Of a DNA stretch of 64,000 bases, positions 18,310-28,596 are shown piece by piece (within the stretch, counting starts at the first letter, position 1; each line of letters begins with the position of its first letter). The stretch lies in assembly GCA_001002135.1 (NCBI GenBank), contig LCLP01000001.1, forward strand, positions 361,114-425,113. Reading direction: 5' to 3'. This DNA is from Candidatus Pacebacteria bacterium GW2011_GWA1_46_10 (lineage in GTDB: Bacteria; Patescibacteriota; Microgenomatia; UBA1400; PJMF01). The translations under genes and the position numbers were made by a program. The notes under the pieces are model-generated. The model was not told where the DNA came from, made no database searches, and saw nothing but the letters and a program-made list of their open reading frames with translations.

Positions 18310-18957
18310 TGGAAAGCGTAAAACGATGGTCGTACCTTGATTTGGCCTGGAATACAGCTGAAACTGGCCGGAGAACTCTTGTTCCAGTGACTTTTTGACA
18401 AAATAAAGACCCAAACCAGAGTGGTCCCTCTTGGTTGAGTACAAGGGAGTTACACTCAATCTGGTTGAAAGCCAATTCATGCCCTTCCCCCCATCGGTGA
18501 CCGAAATATTGATAGTTTGTGTCTGTTGTGCTGCAGTCAGAAAAACGAGCTTGTAATGTCGTTTGGGTTGGTAACTCTCGAAAGCATTATTGACCAGGCA
18601 AACGATCATTTCTTGAAAAACCAGTTTGTTACCGGTCAGTTGACAGTCGGCAGGCAGGACGACTCTGCTCACCAAATGACGCTTAAGTTGAGTACCTTCG
18701 TTGAGAGCAATCAATTCATGCAGTGCCTGACTGGGAGAAAAAGCGGTGGGATCGGCAGCGTCTGACAGTTTAAGGACAGACTGCAAATAGCGGGCATTTA
18801 ACAGCACGCGGTTCAGGTAGAGCTGAGAAACATCGGGAGCCGATTGATACAAATTTTCAGCCGCGATCTCAGTATTCAGCAAAATGTTGGTTAAGGGAGT
18901 GGCGAAACTGTGGCGGATGATTGGTGCAGTGGAGAATAAACGAGACTTCCCGGTCAT
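18301..18957 (-). CDS. sensor histidine kinase core (DHp + HATPase) without TM or sensor domain
   Basis: H-box IIRHSFATPLTNI, N-box LVNNAFESY, G-boxes DGGKGM and GLGLYFVKK. Only 218 aa with no hydrophobic segments. The 3' end overlaps the convergent response-regulator gene by 9 nt. Confidence 0.7.
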   Translation of the reverse strand: MTGKSRLFSTAPIIRHSFATPLTNILLNTEIAAENLYQSAPDVSQLYLNRVLLNARYLQSVLKLSDAADPTAFSPSQALHELIALNEGTQLKRHLVSRVVLPADCQLTGNKLVFQEMIVCLVNNAFESYQPKRHYKLVFLTAAQQTQTINISVTDGGKGMNWLSTRLSVTPLYSTKRDHSGLGLYFVKKSLEQEFSGQFQLYSRPNQGTTIVLRFPLA

Positions 18958-19008
18958 GAATGAGAAGATACGGCAAAATCCTGAAAAAATCCTGAAAAAT
19001 AACGCGTC

Positions 19009-20562
19009 TTACTCACTCTTCACTAAACTGGTGATATCCCAGACTTGCAAACACGGCGCCCCAGGGATACGGCAATACCAGGCGATGAGAAGAGAGTCCA
19101 AGTAATTTTCATTAAGCTTCATTTCTTCTCGGTGATCATTGACCACCAGCCAGACTTGTTCATAGTGCTGGGCTTTAGCGGTGAAACTGGCTGGAATAGC
19201 GACCACTGGTTGACCAATCCCCTCCACTAAAATGTTGGTCACATCTTGATTATGCAGATACATCAGCATCCCATCAGGCAGAGTGCCAAAAAACCCCTCG
19301 GTCGCCACCGCGATTGAATGAGCTTGTGATTTTTCGAGTAATAAGTCAGTGGCTTCTTTCACGCCAGTGCCTGATGACCACTCACGAACATATTGAGTCT
19401 GATCGATAGAGGTCAGGGGTAGGTAACTGGGATTTTGCCAAGAAATGAAGATAAACTCCAGAGCGGTGGAAAGCACAGCCGTAAGACCTAGCACAATGAA
19501 AGCGGAGCGCATGAAAAATGGGAACGGTTTTTTGATCAGTTTTTGGGTGTGGGCGAAAAACTGACCAAAAGTGAGTGAGGCCGAAACGGTCAGTGGGACA
19601 GCAGCCGGCAAGAAGTAACGTGGATAGATCGTTTTGCCTAGTAAAATAATCGGGGCCAGAAACCCGGCGGCCGACAATAATAAAAGGAGGTGTTTTCGTC
19701 GCCACCGGTCTTGAAAAAGACCACCCAGCGGCAACAGGAAAAACGGCCAGGTGAGATACAGCCCCAGCGCCGCGATCACTGCTCGACTGTTCACCATCAT
19801 CACGCGCCACAATCCCTGCTCCCTCAGTTCGCTTATGGAGTAAAGAAAATCGTTGCCGCGATTAAAAAGCTGACCAAAAGCCGGGTGGAGTTTGAGACTC
19901 AAAAAAACGCCAATGCCAATGAGCAGTGTCGCCGCACCCCAACTCAAAATTGTTGAAAGCGGGATCTTTTTGGTTCGCACCAGGAATGGAGCCAGTAGTA
20001 GGGTGGGTGTAAACAAGAGCGCAGGAATTTTAGTTAATAAGGCTAAACCGAAAAATAAGCCGGCGACGATAATTGATCGCCAAGCCAGTTTTTTGGCGTT
20101 GACGGTATTGAGAACATATAACCAAGACAATGATAAGAAGGCAGTCAACAAGCCATCCATCAATGCCATTCGGTGGTAAAAGTACCAAAATGGCAAAATC
20201 ATGGTGGCGGCCATGGCAATGCCCACAGCTAGGGTTTTGCCACCCAGTTTTTTGACGATTTGACCAGTCAGCCAGACCTGCCCAAAGCCGGCCGCCACCG
20301 AGATCAACCGGCCGGCTGCCAGCGGATCAGCTACCAGTTTGAGGGCGCCGACCGTTAACCAGACAAATAACGGCGTTTTACCGTCGTTGAGAGGAAAAAA
20401 GAGGTATTGTTGCCAGTCGTCGAGAATCAGTTGAGCCCAGCGAATGTAAATGGCTTCATCAGCAAATACCGGCAGTAGGGTGAGCGACGGCAAGTGAAGG
20501 AGGAGGTATCCTCCCAAGAGAGTCAGTAGGCCGATAGCGGAAAGTAGAGCGGTTTTTTTCAC
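19009..20562 (-). CDS. GT-C membrane glycosyltransferase, ArnT/PMT-like (GT39/GT83 family)
   Basis: Polytopic. First-loop motif FADEAIYIRWAQ is typical of polyprenol-phosphate-sugar-dependent GT-C enzymes. A GTG start at 20562 forms a GTGA overlap with the upstream stop; the track's 20649 start would overlap 91 nt. Confidence 0.6.
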   Translation of the reverse strand: MKKTALLSAIGLLTLLGGYLLLHLPSLTLLPVFADEAIYIRWAQLILDDWQQYLFFPLNDGKTPLFVWLTVGALKLVADPLAAGRLISVAAGFGQVWLTGQIVKKLGGKTLAVGIAMAATMILPFWYFYHRMALMDGLLTAFLSLSWLYVLNTVNAKKLAWRSIIVAGLFFGLALLTKIPALLFTPTLLLAPFLVRTKKIPLSTILSWGAATLLIGIGVFLSLKLHPAFGQLFNRGNDFLYSISELREQGLWRVMMVNSRAVIAALGLYLTWPFFLLPLGGLFQDRWRRKHLLLLLSAAGFLAPIILLGKTIYPRYFLPAAVPLTVSASLTFGQFFAHTQKLIKKPFPFFMRSAFIVLGLTAVLSTALEFIFISWQNPSYLPLTSIDQTQYVREWSSGTGVKEATDLLLEKSQAHSIAVATEGFFGTLPDGMLMYLHNQDVTNILVEGIGQPVVAIPASFTAKAQHYEQVWLVVNDHREEMKLNENYLDSLLIAWYCRIPGAPCLQVWDITSLVKSE

Positions 20563-21818
20563 TGCTCTCGATTGTAGCGCACTCTTTGGGTCAGAAACCA
20601 GAGCTGGCTCATCAGCCACAAACCAATCCCACCACCCCAAACGAGCCACTTTTGTTGGGTTAGTACCAACTGAGTGTACTCACCGACCCACAACCAAGGG
20701 ACGTAGCGGAGCATGGCGGTTAATGAAAAAGTAATGAGCCAGTGGCGCCACCATGGCTTTTTAATGAATGGCAGCCAGACCAGTGACCAGAGTAAATACC
20801 AGGGCAGAAACTGTTGTGAACGCAAAGTCAGCAAAGGGAGAAACAACAGGATTGATGACCACCAGCTTAAGCGCTCCCAGCTGAGAGAGTTTCTCAGTTT
20901 TGGTATCACCCGCCGCATCAACACTAAGAGCCAGACCGGGGTAATAACTAGAGTAGCGAATTTGATGAGAGTGGAAAAACCAAAAAGCAGGGAAGAGGCG
21001 AGTAGTTTTGGGGTAGTTTGTTTGGTTGGTTGGTCAAAGAGCAGCCACAGCGCTGCCAGGGCCGGCACCATCATCCAGAGATCGTTGTGCTGATTGGCGA
21101 TGACTTCGATAAAAAGGACAGGATTGAGGAAAACCAACCAGAAAGCGGGTAATGAGAGTGATTTTTTATTGATCGTCAGCGAGATTTTTTGCAGCACCCA
21201 AAATAGTAAAACAATACTTAAAACTGCCCAGCCGCGAAACAGCAACCAAGTCAGTAAGAACGTATTAAAACCAATGGCGTATGGAATCAGTGACAGCGCT
21301 GTCCAGCCATAGCCGTATGGGGCGGGGGTGTGGGTGTTATGCATAAACCGTGTCCAGTTATCGTGGGTGAAGTCGAGTGCCACCTGGACGTGAGGATTAG
21401 CTTGATAAACCAATACCATTTTGGCGTTGAAAATATAGTTAAAAACGTCATGAGAAAGCGCGTTGTAACTGAAAAACAACGGCGAGACGGCCAAAAGATA
21501 CGCAAACAAGAGCTTTTTGGAACTGAGCGACTGGGTGTGGGTAGTCAGTTTCAAACCAAAAAGGTATACAACAAAGAAACCGGTGATGAACAGGACATAA
21601 ACTTGAGTCAGCAGTTCACGCTGGTGAAGAAATGTTTGCCACATCCACTGTTGAAATCGCCAGTATGGCGGCCAACTAATTAAGACGAGATTGGGATCAG
21701 TCAAGGCATACGAAAAAATGGCGTAAAGTAACGAGAGTCCGAACAGAGCTCGCAAAAGCCAGCTGATTTTTTTTTCGCTTGACATATTCAATGGTATTTT
21801 CCCATCAGTCGAGCCCAA
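20559..21818 (-). CDS. polytopic membrane protein (about 12 TM, W/F/Y-rich), family not recognised; probably part of the glycosylation machinery
   Basis: 419 aa with many aromatic-rich TM helices. Sits inside the glycan operon. Family assignment uncertain. Confidence 0.4.
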   Translation of the reverse strand: MGSTDGKIPLNMSSEKKISWLLRALFGLSLLYAIFSYALTDPNLVLISWPPYWRFQQWMWQTFLHQRELLTQVYVLFITGFFVVYLFGLKLTTHTQSLSSKKLLFAYLLAVSPLFFSYNALSHDVFNYIFNAKMVLVYQANPHVQVALDFTHDNWTRFMHNTHTPAPYGYGWTALSLIPYAIGFNTFLLTWLLFRGWAVLSIVLLFWVLQKISLTINKKSLSLPAFWLVFLNPVLFIEVIANQHNDLWMMVPALAALWLLFDQPTKQTTPKLLASSLLFGFSTLIKFATLVITPVWLLVLMRRVIPKLRNSLSWERLSWWSSILLFLPLLTLRSQQFLPWYLLWSLVWLPFIKKPWWRHWLITFSLTAMLRYVPWLWVGEYTQLVLTQQKWLVWGGGIGLWLMSQLWFLTQRVRYNREQ

Positions 21819-22552
21819 CGGATGCGTAAAATATCAATAAACATTCTGACAGAATCTTTGAGTGGATTGACGCGGGTGGTGGCAAAATGGCGCCAGTGAA
21901 TCGGTACCTCTTTGTATGTAAAACCCAATTTTCTGGCTAGAAAAAGCAGTTCAACGTCAAAAGCACCGGTAAAAGCGTCCGGCTGACGGTTCTGGGGGCT
22001 GTAGATATACAGTTTGGGAAACAGCGTTTCGGTCGCTTGGGCTGAGAACATTTTAAAGCCGCACTGAGTGTCTTGCACTCCTCGCACGGCCATGATTTGG
22101 ACAAGTAAATTAAAACCTCTGCCCATCAGGTGACGGTAGAAGGGTTCTTTGTCTCGTTTGGCGCCGGCGATTTCTCGCGAACCAAATATAACCTGGTATT
22201 GATCAGTGTATGGTAATAGTTTCGTTACTTCTTGGATCGGTGTTGACTGATCAAAGTCGGTGTACAACCGCCACTGACCATGGGCGGCCAACATGCCGGC
22301 CGTGACGGCTGGCCCTTTGCCAGCGTGTGAGTTGGTTAAGACAGTTACCTCCGGGTGTTGTTTGGCAAATTGCTGCAGGCTTTCGACCGTCCCATCTGTA
22401 CTGCCGTCATCACTCAAAATCAGTTCCCAAGTGTATGGTTGTTGTTTGAGATACGAAATCAGTTCCTTCAGTACTCCTCGCTCAATATTATGCTGCTCGT
22501 TATAAGAAGGCACGATGACTGATAAAAAAGGGGAATGATCAGCGTCAGGCAT
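21788..22552 (-). CDS. glycosyltransferase family 2
   Basis: LSVIVPSYNEQHNIE...SDDGSTDGT GT-A fold N-terminus; DxD-type region. Confidence 0.75.
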   Translation of the reverse strand: MPDADHSPFLSVIVPSYNEQHNIERGVLKELISYLKQQPYTWELILSDDGSTDGTVESLQQFAKQHPEVTVLTNSHAGKGPAVTAGMLAAHGQWRLYTDFDQSTPIQEVTKLLPYTDQYQVIFGSREIAGAKRDKEPFYRHLMGRGFNLLVQIMAVRGVQDTQCGFKMFSAQATETLFPKLYIYSPQNRQPDAFTGAFDVELLFLARKLGFTYKEVPIHWRHFATTRVNPLKDSVRMFIDILRIRWARLMGKYH

Positions 22553-22557
22553 GGATT

Positions 22558-24144
22558 TTATTCTAGCGCTTGGTCAGTCTCTTGGGTAGTTCTACGCAGC
22601 ACTGTGATAGTTGGGCCGTTTTCGAGAGTAAAGACTTCGGCCGGCTGCTTATTGGGAAAGACCACGATTTCATAGATGGGAAGATCAATGACTTTGGGTG
22701 ATTGTTTTTCTTCGTCAATGATAAAAAGCGTGGTTACTTCATTGCGCTGCTCTGGTGGCACCGGTCGGGTGTGGCCGGTGGTCAGAAAATAGCGGTAGTT
22801 TTGACCGTCAAGATCTTTACTGCCGGACAGGAGCACTAAGTTGTATTTTTCACCTGATTCCACCCGTTTGAGGATTTCCTGACTGGTGTGTTCAATGTCT
22901 TTGATGGTCCAGCCTGTATCTTTAAAAATGAGTTGTGGCCAGTTAAACCGCAGAAAGTAGGCAGTAAAAATAATGAAGGCAACAGCAGCCAGCCACCGCG
23001 GTTTGAGTCGGCTAAAAACATACCCATACACCAGGGCGGTGATCGGGAATAAGTAGGCAATGTAGTGATCAAAGATGGAGTGTTGGTAAAAAGCCGTACC
23101 GACAATGCCAAAACCAAGGTAACTGAGTAAGACGAATTCTTTGGCCAGCGGTTGTTTTTGCTCATGTTTGTTGAGTATGGTTACACAGAAGAGAATGACG
23201 ACAGCCAGTAAAAGTGTTTGATTCAGCACCCGATTTTTACCGATCATGTATTCAAACAGAATGTGTAGGCCGCGTCCCTCGGTTTCTTGCAGTGTTTCAG
23301 TCAACTGTCTGGTGACGCTGGTCTCCCTCAGAGCGGTGAAATTTTCGTTTCCGGTGAACATGGCCTGAAAAGCTCGGAAGTTGACCCCTTGATGTTTAAG
23401 GTCAAATAACACCAGCGGCACGAGCGACAAGAGAAAAATGACCAAACCTATCAGACTGGGTAGCAGGATTGCCTTGAGTTTCCCGGTTGAAAAATGTGTT
23501 CTCAAGCTGATTAACCAAATCAGCCCTGCCGCTGGGAGGGCCAGTAGAGTGAGGTAGTGGAGTTGCAGCAGAATGCTGAAACACCCCGCCACCGCGACCC
23601 AGTATTTAGGGTGTTTTTGCCAGGCAAGGTAGGTGGTGTAGATCATCAGCAGTGAGACGAATGGGGCTGGATTAGGGTTCCAACTGTAGCGGGTGGCATG
23701 CACAATGGTGGCGGCAAAGGTGTAGAAAAAAGTGGCGATCAAGGCCCCGTTCTCGCCGATTAACTTTTTGCCGAGGCTGTACATCAGATAGACAGTGATC
23801 ACTCCTAGAGCAGCCACCGCGTAAGCTGGTCCGACAGGACTAGGATAAGTGAGCCAGAGAAAAGGGAGCATAAAATAGTAGTAGAGTGGTCCCAAGTAGA
23901 GGTTGCCGACACTGGTGACGGGACCGATGAAGACCAGGTCTTTTTGGCGGAAGATATCAGCCACAATGATGGCATCTCGACCTTGGTCACCCAAAAATAG
24001 GACGGTGTTGGTCAAGTTATAAAACCGCAGGTAGACCGCTGCCGCCAACAACAAACCGAGAATAATCAATTTCCCCTGGTTTATTCTCTTCATGGCGTTT
24101 CCGCGTTTACTTTTTCTTTCGCCAAATGAAAGTGGTGTAAGCAA
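22558..24144 (-). CDS. GT-C membrane glycosyltransferase, ArnT/PMT-like
   Basis: 528 aa with about 11 N-terminal TM helices and GDQGRDAIIVADI in the first loop, plus a C-terminal soluble domain. Confidence 0.55.
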   Translation of the reverse strand: MLTPLSFGERKSKRGNAMKRINQGKLIILGLLLAAAVYLRFYNLTNTVLFLGDQGRDAIIVADIFRQKDLVFIGPVTSVGNLYLGPLYYYFMLPFLWLTYPSPVGPAYAVAALGVITVYLMYSLGKKLIGENGALIATFFYTFAATIVHATRYSWNPNPAPFVSLLMIYTTYLAWQKHPKYWVAVAGCFSILLQLHYLTLLALPAAGLIWLISLRTHFSTGKLKAILLPSLIGLVIFLLSLVPLVLFDLKHQGVNFRAFQAMFTGNENFTALRETSVTRQLTETLQETEGRGLHILFEYMIGKNRVLNQTLLLAVVILFCVTILNKHEQKQPLAKEFVLLSYLGFGIVGTAFYQHSIFDHYIAYLFPITALVYGYVFSRLKPRWLAAVAFIIFTAYFLRFNWPQLIFKDTGWTIKDIEHTSQEILKRVESGEKYNLVLLSGSKDLDGQNYRYFLTTGHTRPVPPEQRNEVTTLFIIDEEKQSPKVIDLPIYEIVVFPNKQPAEVFTLENGPTITVLRRTTQETDQALE

Positions 24145-25282
24145 AAAAATTCCAAAACATGCCGATCAAGATTCCCACTACCGCGTACATCATACCGGTG
24201 TCGACTCCAATGGCAATTATTGGCAGGGTGAACAGCGGGAACAAACCAATGAATCGCTCACCGACAAAGGCGATCGACTGTTGGATTAAGATTGAGCCAG
24301 CCGAGGTGAGATTAAACTGAATAAATTTGCTGGGATATTGAATGGGCCTGAGCTTGCGGTCTGAGAATGTCCAGATATTGCTTAAAATGAAATTACTGAG
24401 GATCGCGCACTCAATGGCCAAAAAAAACGCCAGCTGAAACGGAGCGATCTGACGCCAGAGTTGAAGAGTGGTCAGTTGCACTAAAGCGCCGATGCCACCC
24501 ACCACCACGAACTTGAAAACTCGATTTTTAAAAAGATCACTGAGGCGTAATTTCATAATATAGATCAGGTTATTTTTAATGTATTCCGGTCCCATTTTAC
24601 TTTTGCCGTGGGTGCGGTCTTTAAAATGAAATGGCACCTCAACGACTTTAAAACCTTTTTGTAAAGCCGCGTGTAAAAAGCCTATTTGAAAAGTATAGCC
24701 GGAAAACCGCTCACTTGTCAGCTCTGAATGCACGGCCTGGTACACTTTTCGCGTGATCGCCCTAAAGCCACCAGTCCAATCTCTAATACTAAAGTTCAAC
24801 ATGGCGGTGGCGATAAACAGATTGCCCATCACGCTTAAAAATTTGCGATGAAGTCCCCAATCGCTCGGGATGCTGCCGCCGGGAATATAACGTGAGCCAA
24901 GCACCAGGTCATACCCTTGGTCAATTTTTTGCAGAAATAACGGAATTTTAGTGGGATCGTGTGAGAGGTCGGCGTCGAACTCGAAGATCACATCAGCTTT
25001 AAGTTGATCAAAAGCATAGTCCATACCCTTGAGATAGGCTCTGCCCAGACCGGCCTTGGTTTTGTTGAGTAGTAAGTGAAGGTTTTTGTAACGTTTCTGC
25101 AGTTGTTTAACCAGCTTATACGTTCTATCGGGTGAGGTATCGTCAACGATTAAAACCCCACAGCGCCAGTCACGAATAGTGTCAAGTACGCCAAATACTT
25201 GATATAAAAGTCGATCAATATTTTCCCGCTCGTTGTAGGTTGGAATAATGACAATGGCGCTTTTGGGAGAGGAGACTGCCAT
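24107..25282 (-). CDS. polyprenol-phosphate glycosyltransferase (GT2; Ppm1/DPM1/GtrB-like) fused to a C-terminal GtrA-like flippase domain
   Basis: N-terminus IVIIPTYNERENIDRL...VDDTSPDRT and DxD FDADLSHDP, typical of polyprenyl-P-sugar synthases. The C-terminal ~120 aa form four TM helices (GtrA-like). Confidence 0.7.
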   Translation of the reverse strand: MAVSSPKSAIVIIPTYNERENIDRLLYQVFGVLDTIRDWRCGVLIVDDTSPDRTYKLVKQLQKRYKNLHLLLNKTKAGLGRAYLKGMDYAFDQLKADVIFEFDADLSHDPTKIPLFLQKIDQGYDLVLGSRYIPGGSIPSDWGLHRKFLSVMGNLFIATAMLNFSIRDWTGGFRAITRKVYQAVHSELTSERFSGYTFQIGFLHAALQKGFKVVEVPFHFKDRTHGKSKMGPEYIKNNLIYIMKLRLSDLFKNRVFKFVVVGGIGALVQLTTLQLWRQIAPFQLAFFLAIECAILSNFILSNIWTFSDRKLRPIQYPSKFIQFNLTSAGSILIQQSIAFVGERFIGLFPLFTLPIIAIGVDTGMMYAVVGILIGMFWNFFAYTTFIWRKKK

Positions 25283-25295
25283 ATAAGCCTGTTAT

Positions 25296-26276
25296 TTATT
25301 GGCCGTTGCTTTCGCTTTCGTACTGCAACTCAGCCTCGACCATCAGTTTTACCAGGCCTTCAAAGTCAACCGAGGGTTTCCAGCCAAGTTTTTCGCGCGC
25401 CTTAGTGGCATCGCCGCGCAGCATGTCAACTTCGGCCGGGCGATCAAAAATAGGATTGTGTTTATAGACTTTTTTCCAGTCGGTCAGACCAGCCGCGCTG
25501 CAAGCCAATTGGAGGAATTCTTTGACTGAATGAGTTTCGCCGGTGGCGACTACAAAGTCTTCCGGCTGATTTTGTTGAAGCATTAACCACATGGCCTCAA
25601 CGTAATCCTTGGCATAGCCCCAGTCGCGCTTGGCTTCCAAGTTACCCAGTTCAACGTACTTTTGCTTCCCGAGTTTGATGCGTGCTACCCCGTTGGAGAT
25701 TTTACGAGTGACGAACTCCAGGCCACGGCGAGGCGATTCATGGTTAAACAAGATGCCTGAAACAGCAAAAAGATGGTATGACTCGCGGTAATTGACGGTA
25801 ATCCAGTGACCGTACACTTTTGCCACTCCGTAAGGGGAGCGGGGATAGAACGGGGTAGTTTCTTTTTGGGGGGTTTCTTGGACCTTGCCAAACATTTCGC
25901 TGGAACTAGCCTGATAGAACTTAGCTCCAGGACAGGCTAAACGCATCGCTTCCAACACGCGGGTGACACCCAAACCGGTGAATTCACCAGTCAAAACCGG
26001 TTGTTCCCAAGAAGCTTGGACAAATGACTGAGCAGCCAGATTGTAAATCTCATCTGGTTGAATCTCTTTAAGAGCAAAGGTCAGTGAGTTTTGATCCACC
26101 AAATCGCCGGATATCAGGGTAAGGTGGGGGTTGTGGACAATCTGTTTGATGCGATCAAAGTTTTGGGTGCTGGTACGGCGGGTTAAACCATAAACATGGT
26201 AGCCCTTGTCGAGTAAAAGCTCGGCTAAGTACGAACCGTCCTGACCAGTAATGCCGGTAATAAACGCCTTTTTCAT
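25296..26276 (-). CDS. gmd: GDP-mannose 4,6-dehydratase
   Basis: [35 protein letters not shown]...NFDRI is collinear with Gmd. Start ATG 26276 forms an ATGA overlap with the rmd stop; Shine-Dalgarno sequence GAAGGA. Confidence 0.9.
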   Translation of the reverse strand: MKKAFITGITGQDGSYLAELLLDKGYHVYGLTRRTSTQNFDRIKQIVHNPHLTLISGDLVDQNSLTFALKEIQPDEIYNLAAQSFVQASWEQPVLTGEFTGLGVTRVLEAMRLACPGAKFYQASSSEMFGKVQETPQKETTPFYPRSPYGVAKVYGHWITVNYRESYHLFAVSGILFNHESPRRGLEFVTRKISNGVARIKLGKQKYVELGNLEAKRDWGYAKDYVEAMWLMLQQNQPEDFVVATGETHSVKEFLQLACSAAGLTDWKKVYKHNPIFDRPAEVDMLRGDATKAREKLGWKPSVDFEGLVKLMVEAELQYESESNGQ

Positions 26277-27232
26277 GCCGTTCCTTCTAGTAGTTTTAAT
26301 CTCCACCAGTTTAATATTCGCTGGAGTGTTTCATCAAGCGGAATTGTCGGTTGCCACCCCAACGCTTTGATTTTGGTAATATCGGCCACACTACGCCCAA
26401 TATCACCTGGTCGTTGTTTCCGTTCTTCAGGACTGACTGAAAGACCGACTTTGGCGAAACTTTTCATTTTGTCCAACAGTTCCTGAATGGTGACATCTTG
26501 GCCGCTGCCGAGGTTGTAGACCTGCCCAGCCTGGCCCTTTGTCATTAACAAAATATAGCCTCGGACGATATCTTTCACATCACTAAAGTCACGGCTCACA
26601 GTCAGGTTTCCTACCCTGAGTTCCCGCTCTAATCCTTTCTCAATCTTGACGATTTGCTGAGCAAAATCACTAACCACAAAACCCGGTTCTTGCCGCTCAC
26701 CAATATGATTAAACGGTCGGACACGGACGATACCCAACTCATAGCGCACCGTATATGAGTAGGCCAGCATATCTTGGGCGACTTTGGAAACACCATACGG
26801 GTCGTGGGGGCCCAACTGACTGATTTCGGTTAATGGTTCGGTTGAACCGGCGTATTCTGAGGCGCTGCCGATGGAAAGCAGCCGGGCTTGGGGGGTATGC
26901 TCGCGCATGGCTTCCAAGACATTCATTTGGATCTCAACGTTGGTTTCGATCGCTTTGGTGGTATTTTCCAGACTCAAGCTGGGTGATGAGAAACTGGCCA
27001 GGTGGTAGATAGAGCGAGGTTTTAATTTGGCAAACAACTCAAAGGTAGCTCGTGAATGAGTTAAGTCAAGTTGATGGATGTTTGCTTCAGGTAAAATAGT
27101 GTCAACGAAACTGGGTTTTTTGACAAGGTTAGTGACGTGGATGTCTGCAGCAGGCACCCCTTTTTCCAGCAGTGCTTCAATTAAGTGTGAACCAGCAAAG
27201 CCCGTGCCGCCGGTAATGAGAATGGGTGACAT
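26273..27232 (-). CDS. rmd: GDP-4-dehydro-6-deoxy-D-mannose reductase (Rmd-like; makes GDP-D-rhamnose)
   Basis: [14 protein letters not shown]..., [35 protein letters not shown] match Rmd-type extended SDRs. Directly upstream of gmd. Confidence 0.65.
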   Translation of the reverse strand: MSPILITGGTGFAGSHLIEALLEKGVPAADIHVTNLVKKPSFVDTILPEANIHQLDLTHSRATFELFAKLKPRSIYHLASFSSPSLSLENTTKAIETNVEIQMNVLEAMREHTPQARLLSIGSASEYAGSTEPLTEISQLGPHDPYGVSKVAQDMLAYSYTVRYELGIVRVRPFNHIGERQEPGFVVSDFAQQIVKIEKGLERELRVGNLTVSRDFSDVKDIVRGYILLMTKGQAGQVYNLGSGQDVTIQELLDKMKSFAKVGLSVSPEERKQRPGDIGRSVADITKIKALGWQPTIPLDETLQRILNWWRLKLLEGTA

Positions 27233-27233
27233 A

Positions 27234-28529
27234 TCAACCTCGTCCCAGTCCTTGGTAGTGATACTTGGCTTGTTTTAAAACAGCAGGCTGAAATTGGTTG
27301 CGAGCGTCAATGAACCATTGCTTTTTGTTAAGTTTGGTGCGGGTAAAGTCAAAGCCGGTAATCTGTGGCCATTCGACCAGTGAAATAATCACATCAGCGT
27401 TCTTTACGGCTGAGGGAATATTTTTTTCCTGAGTGTGATTTGGTTCTAGTGCCTTAAGTTGGAAAAACGATTGCCAGGAAGCCATTGGATCAAAACTCTT
27501 CACCTTTGCTCCCTTGTTTAAGAGAAGAGGAATGACTTTGGTGGCCGGTGACTCGCGTAGATCATCGGTGTTGGGTTTGAAAGAGAGACCGAGGACGGCG
27601 ACTGTTTTGTCACTCCACCCACCAACTTTATTTTCTACAGCCTGCATTAATTTCGGAATCCGCTCTTCGTTCAGATCGTCGATTTTATTGAATAAATTAT
27701 TACTCTCGCCGATCGCACGTGAATAAGCGGCTAGTTCTTTGACGTCTTTGGGAAAGCACGACCCGCCGTAGCCAAACCCGGGGTACCAATAGTGCGGGCC
27801 GATGCGGCTGTCAAGACCGATGGCAGCAACGACGTCTTGGACATCAGCCCCGTTTTTTTCACACAGATCCGCGATTTGGTTAATAAAAGTGATGCGGGTA
27901 GCCAGGTACGCGTTGGCAGCATACTTTGCCATTTGGGCCGACTCCGGTTTGATTTTGACGATCGAGGTTTTGAATGGTTGGTGCAGTGTTTCCAACACGG
28001 TAAAAACATGTTGGTCATTGGCTCCAATGACGATCCGATCTGGTTGCAAAGTGTCGTCGACGGCCGAACCCTCTTTCAAAAATTCCGGCAGTGAGGCGGT
28101 GTAGAAATTGACTTTGGTGTGTTGGCCAATGAGTGTCTCAACCTGGTTAAGGGTGCCTGGTGGAACCGTCGACTTGACTGCCACGATGGCATCTTTTTTG
28201 AGGTGTGGCGCAAGCGATTTAATACTGGCAAACACAAACCGGAGGTCGGCCTGACCATCAGGGGCTGACGGTGTACCTACGGCAATCATGATTAGCTGGG
28301 CATTTTTAATCGCAGTTTCGTAATTGGTGGTGAAGTTGAGCTGATTGGCGGCCAGTTGCTGTTGGAGCAGTTCTTCCAGGCCAGGTTCATAGAACGGCAC
28401 TTTCGCTTTTTTGAGGCTGGCGATTTTCTGCTCATCAATGTCCAGACCGATAACTTGGTGACCAAAAGAAGCGTAGACCGCGGCGGTCACAACACCCACA
28501 AAACCTGTACCGATGACAGTGATATTCAT
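27234..28529 (-). CDS. ugd: nucleotide-sugar dehydrogenase (UDP-glucose 6-dehydrogenase family)
   Basis: MNITVIGTGFVGVV Rossmann N-terminus, a GGSCFPKD catalytic Cys motif, and a C-terminal UDP-binding domain. Confidence 0.8.
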   Translation of the reverse strand: MNITVIGTGFVGVVTAAVYASFGHQVIGLDIDEQKIASLKKAKVPFYEPGLEELLQQQLAANQLNFTTNYETAIKNAQLIMIAVGTPSAPDGQADLRFVFASIKSLAPHLKKDAIVAVKSTVPPGTLNQVETLIGQHTKVNFYTASLPEFLKEGSAVDDTLQPDRIVIGANDQHVFTVLETLHQPFKTSIVKIKPESAQMAKYAANAYLATRITFINQIADLCEKNGADVQDVVAAIGLDSRIGPHYWYPGFGYGGSCFPKDVKELAAYSRAIGESNNLFNKIDDLNEERIPKLMQAVENKVGGWSDKTVAVLGLSFKPNTDDLRESPATKVIPLLLNKGAKVKSFDPMASWQSFFQLKALEPNHTQEKNIPSAVKNADVIISLVEWPQITGFDFTRTKLNKKQWFIDARNQFQPAVLKQAKYHYQGLGRG

Positions 28530-28583
28530 AATTTCTCTGGTTTATTGAGTCAGTATATCACTGAGCTTCCAAAGTGAGCAGTA

Positions 28584-28589
28584 TATAAT
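28584..28589 (+). promoter_or_regulatory. candidate -10 hexamer (TATAAT) 7 nt upstream of the trmD ATG with no Shine-Dalgarno sequence (leaderless-type)
   Basis: agTATAATtgaagctATG. Confidence 0.3.
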
Positions 28590-28596
28590 TGAAGCT

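Noticed and set aside
18978-18999. Tandem direct repeat ATCCTGAAAAA x2, considered as a mini CRISPR or regulatory array
   Set aside because: Only two 11-nt copies with no spacers. It is most likely a simple duplication or slippage in the short intergenic region between the histidine-kinase and GT-C genes.
28530-28596. Possible operator or inverted repeat in the ugd/trmD divergent intergenic region
   Set aside because: Only weak, imperfect dyads were found by eye. Nothing is distinguishable from chance without computation.
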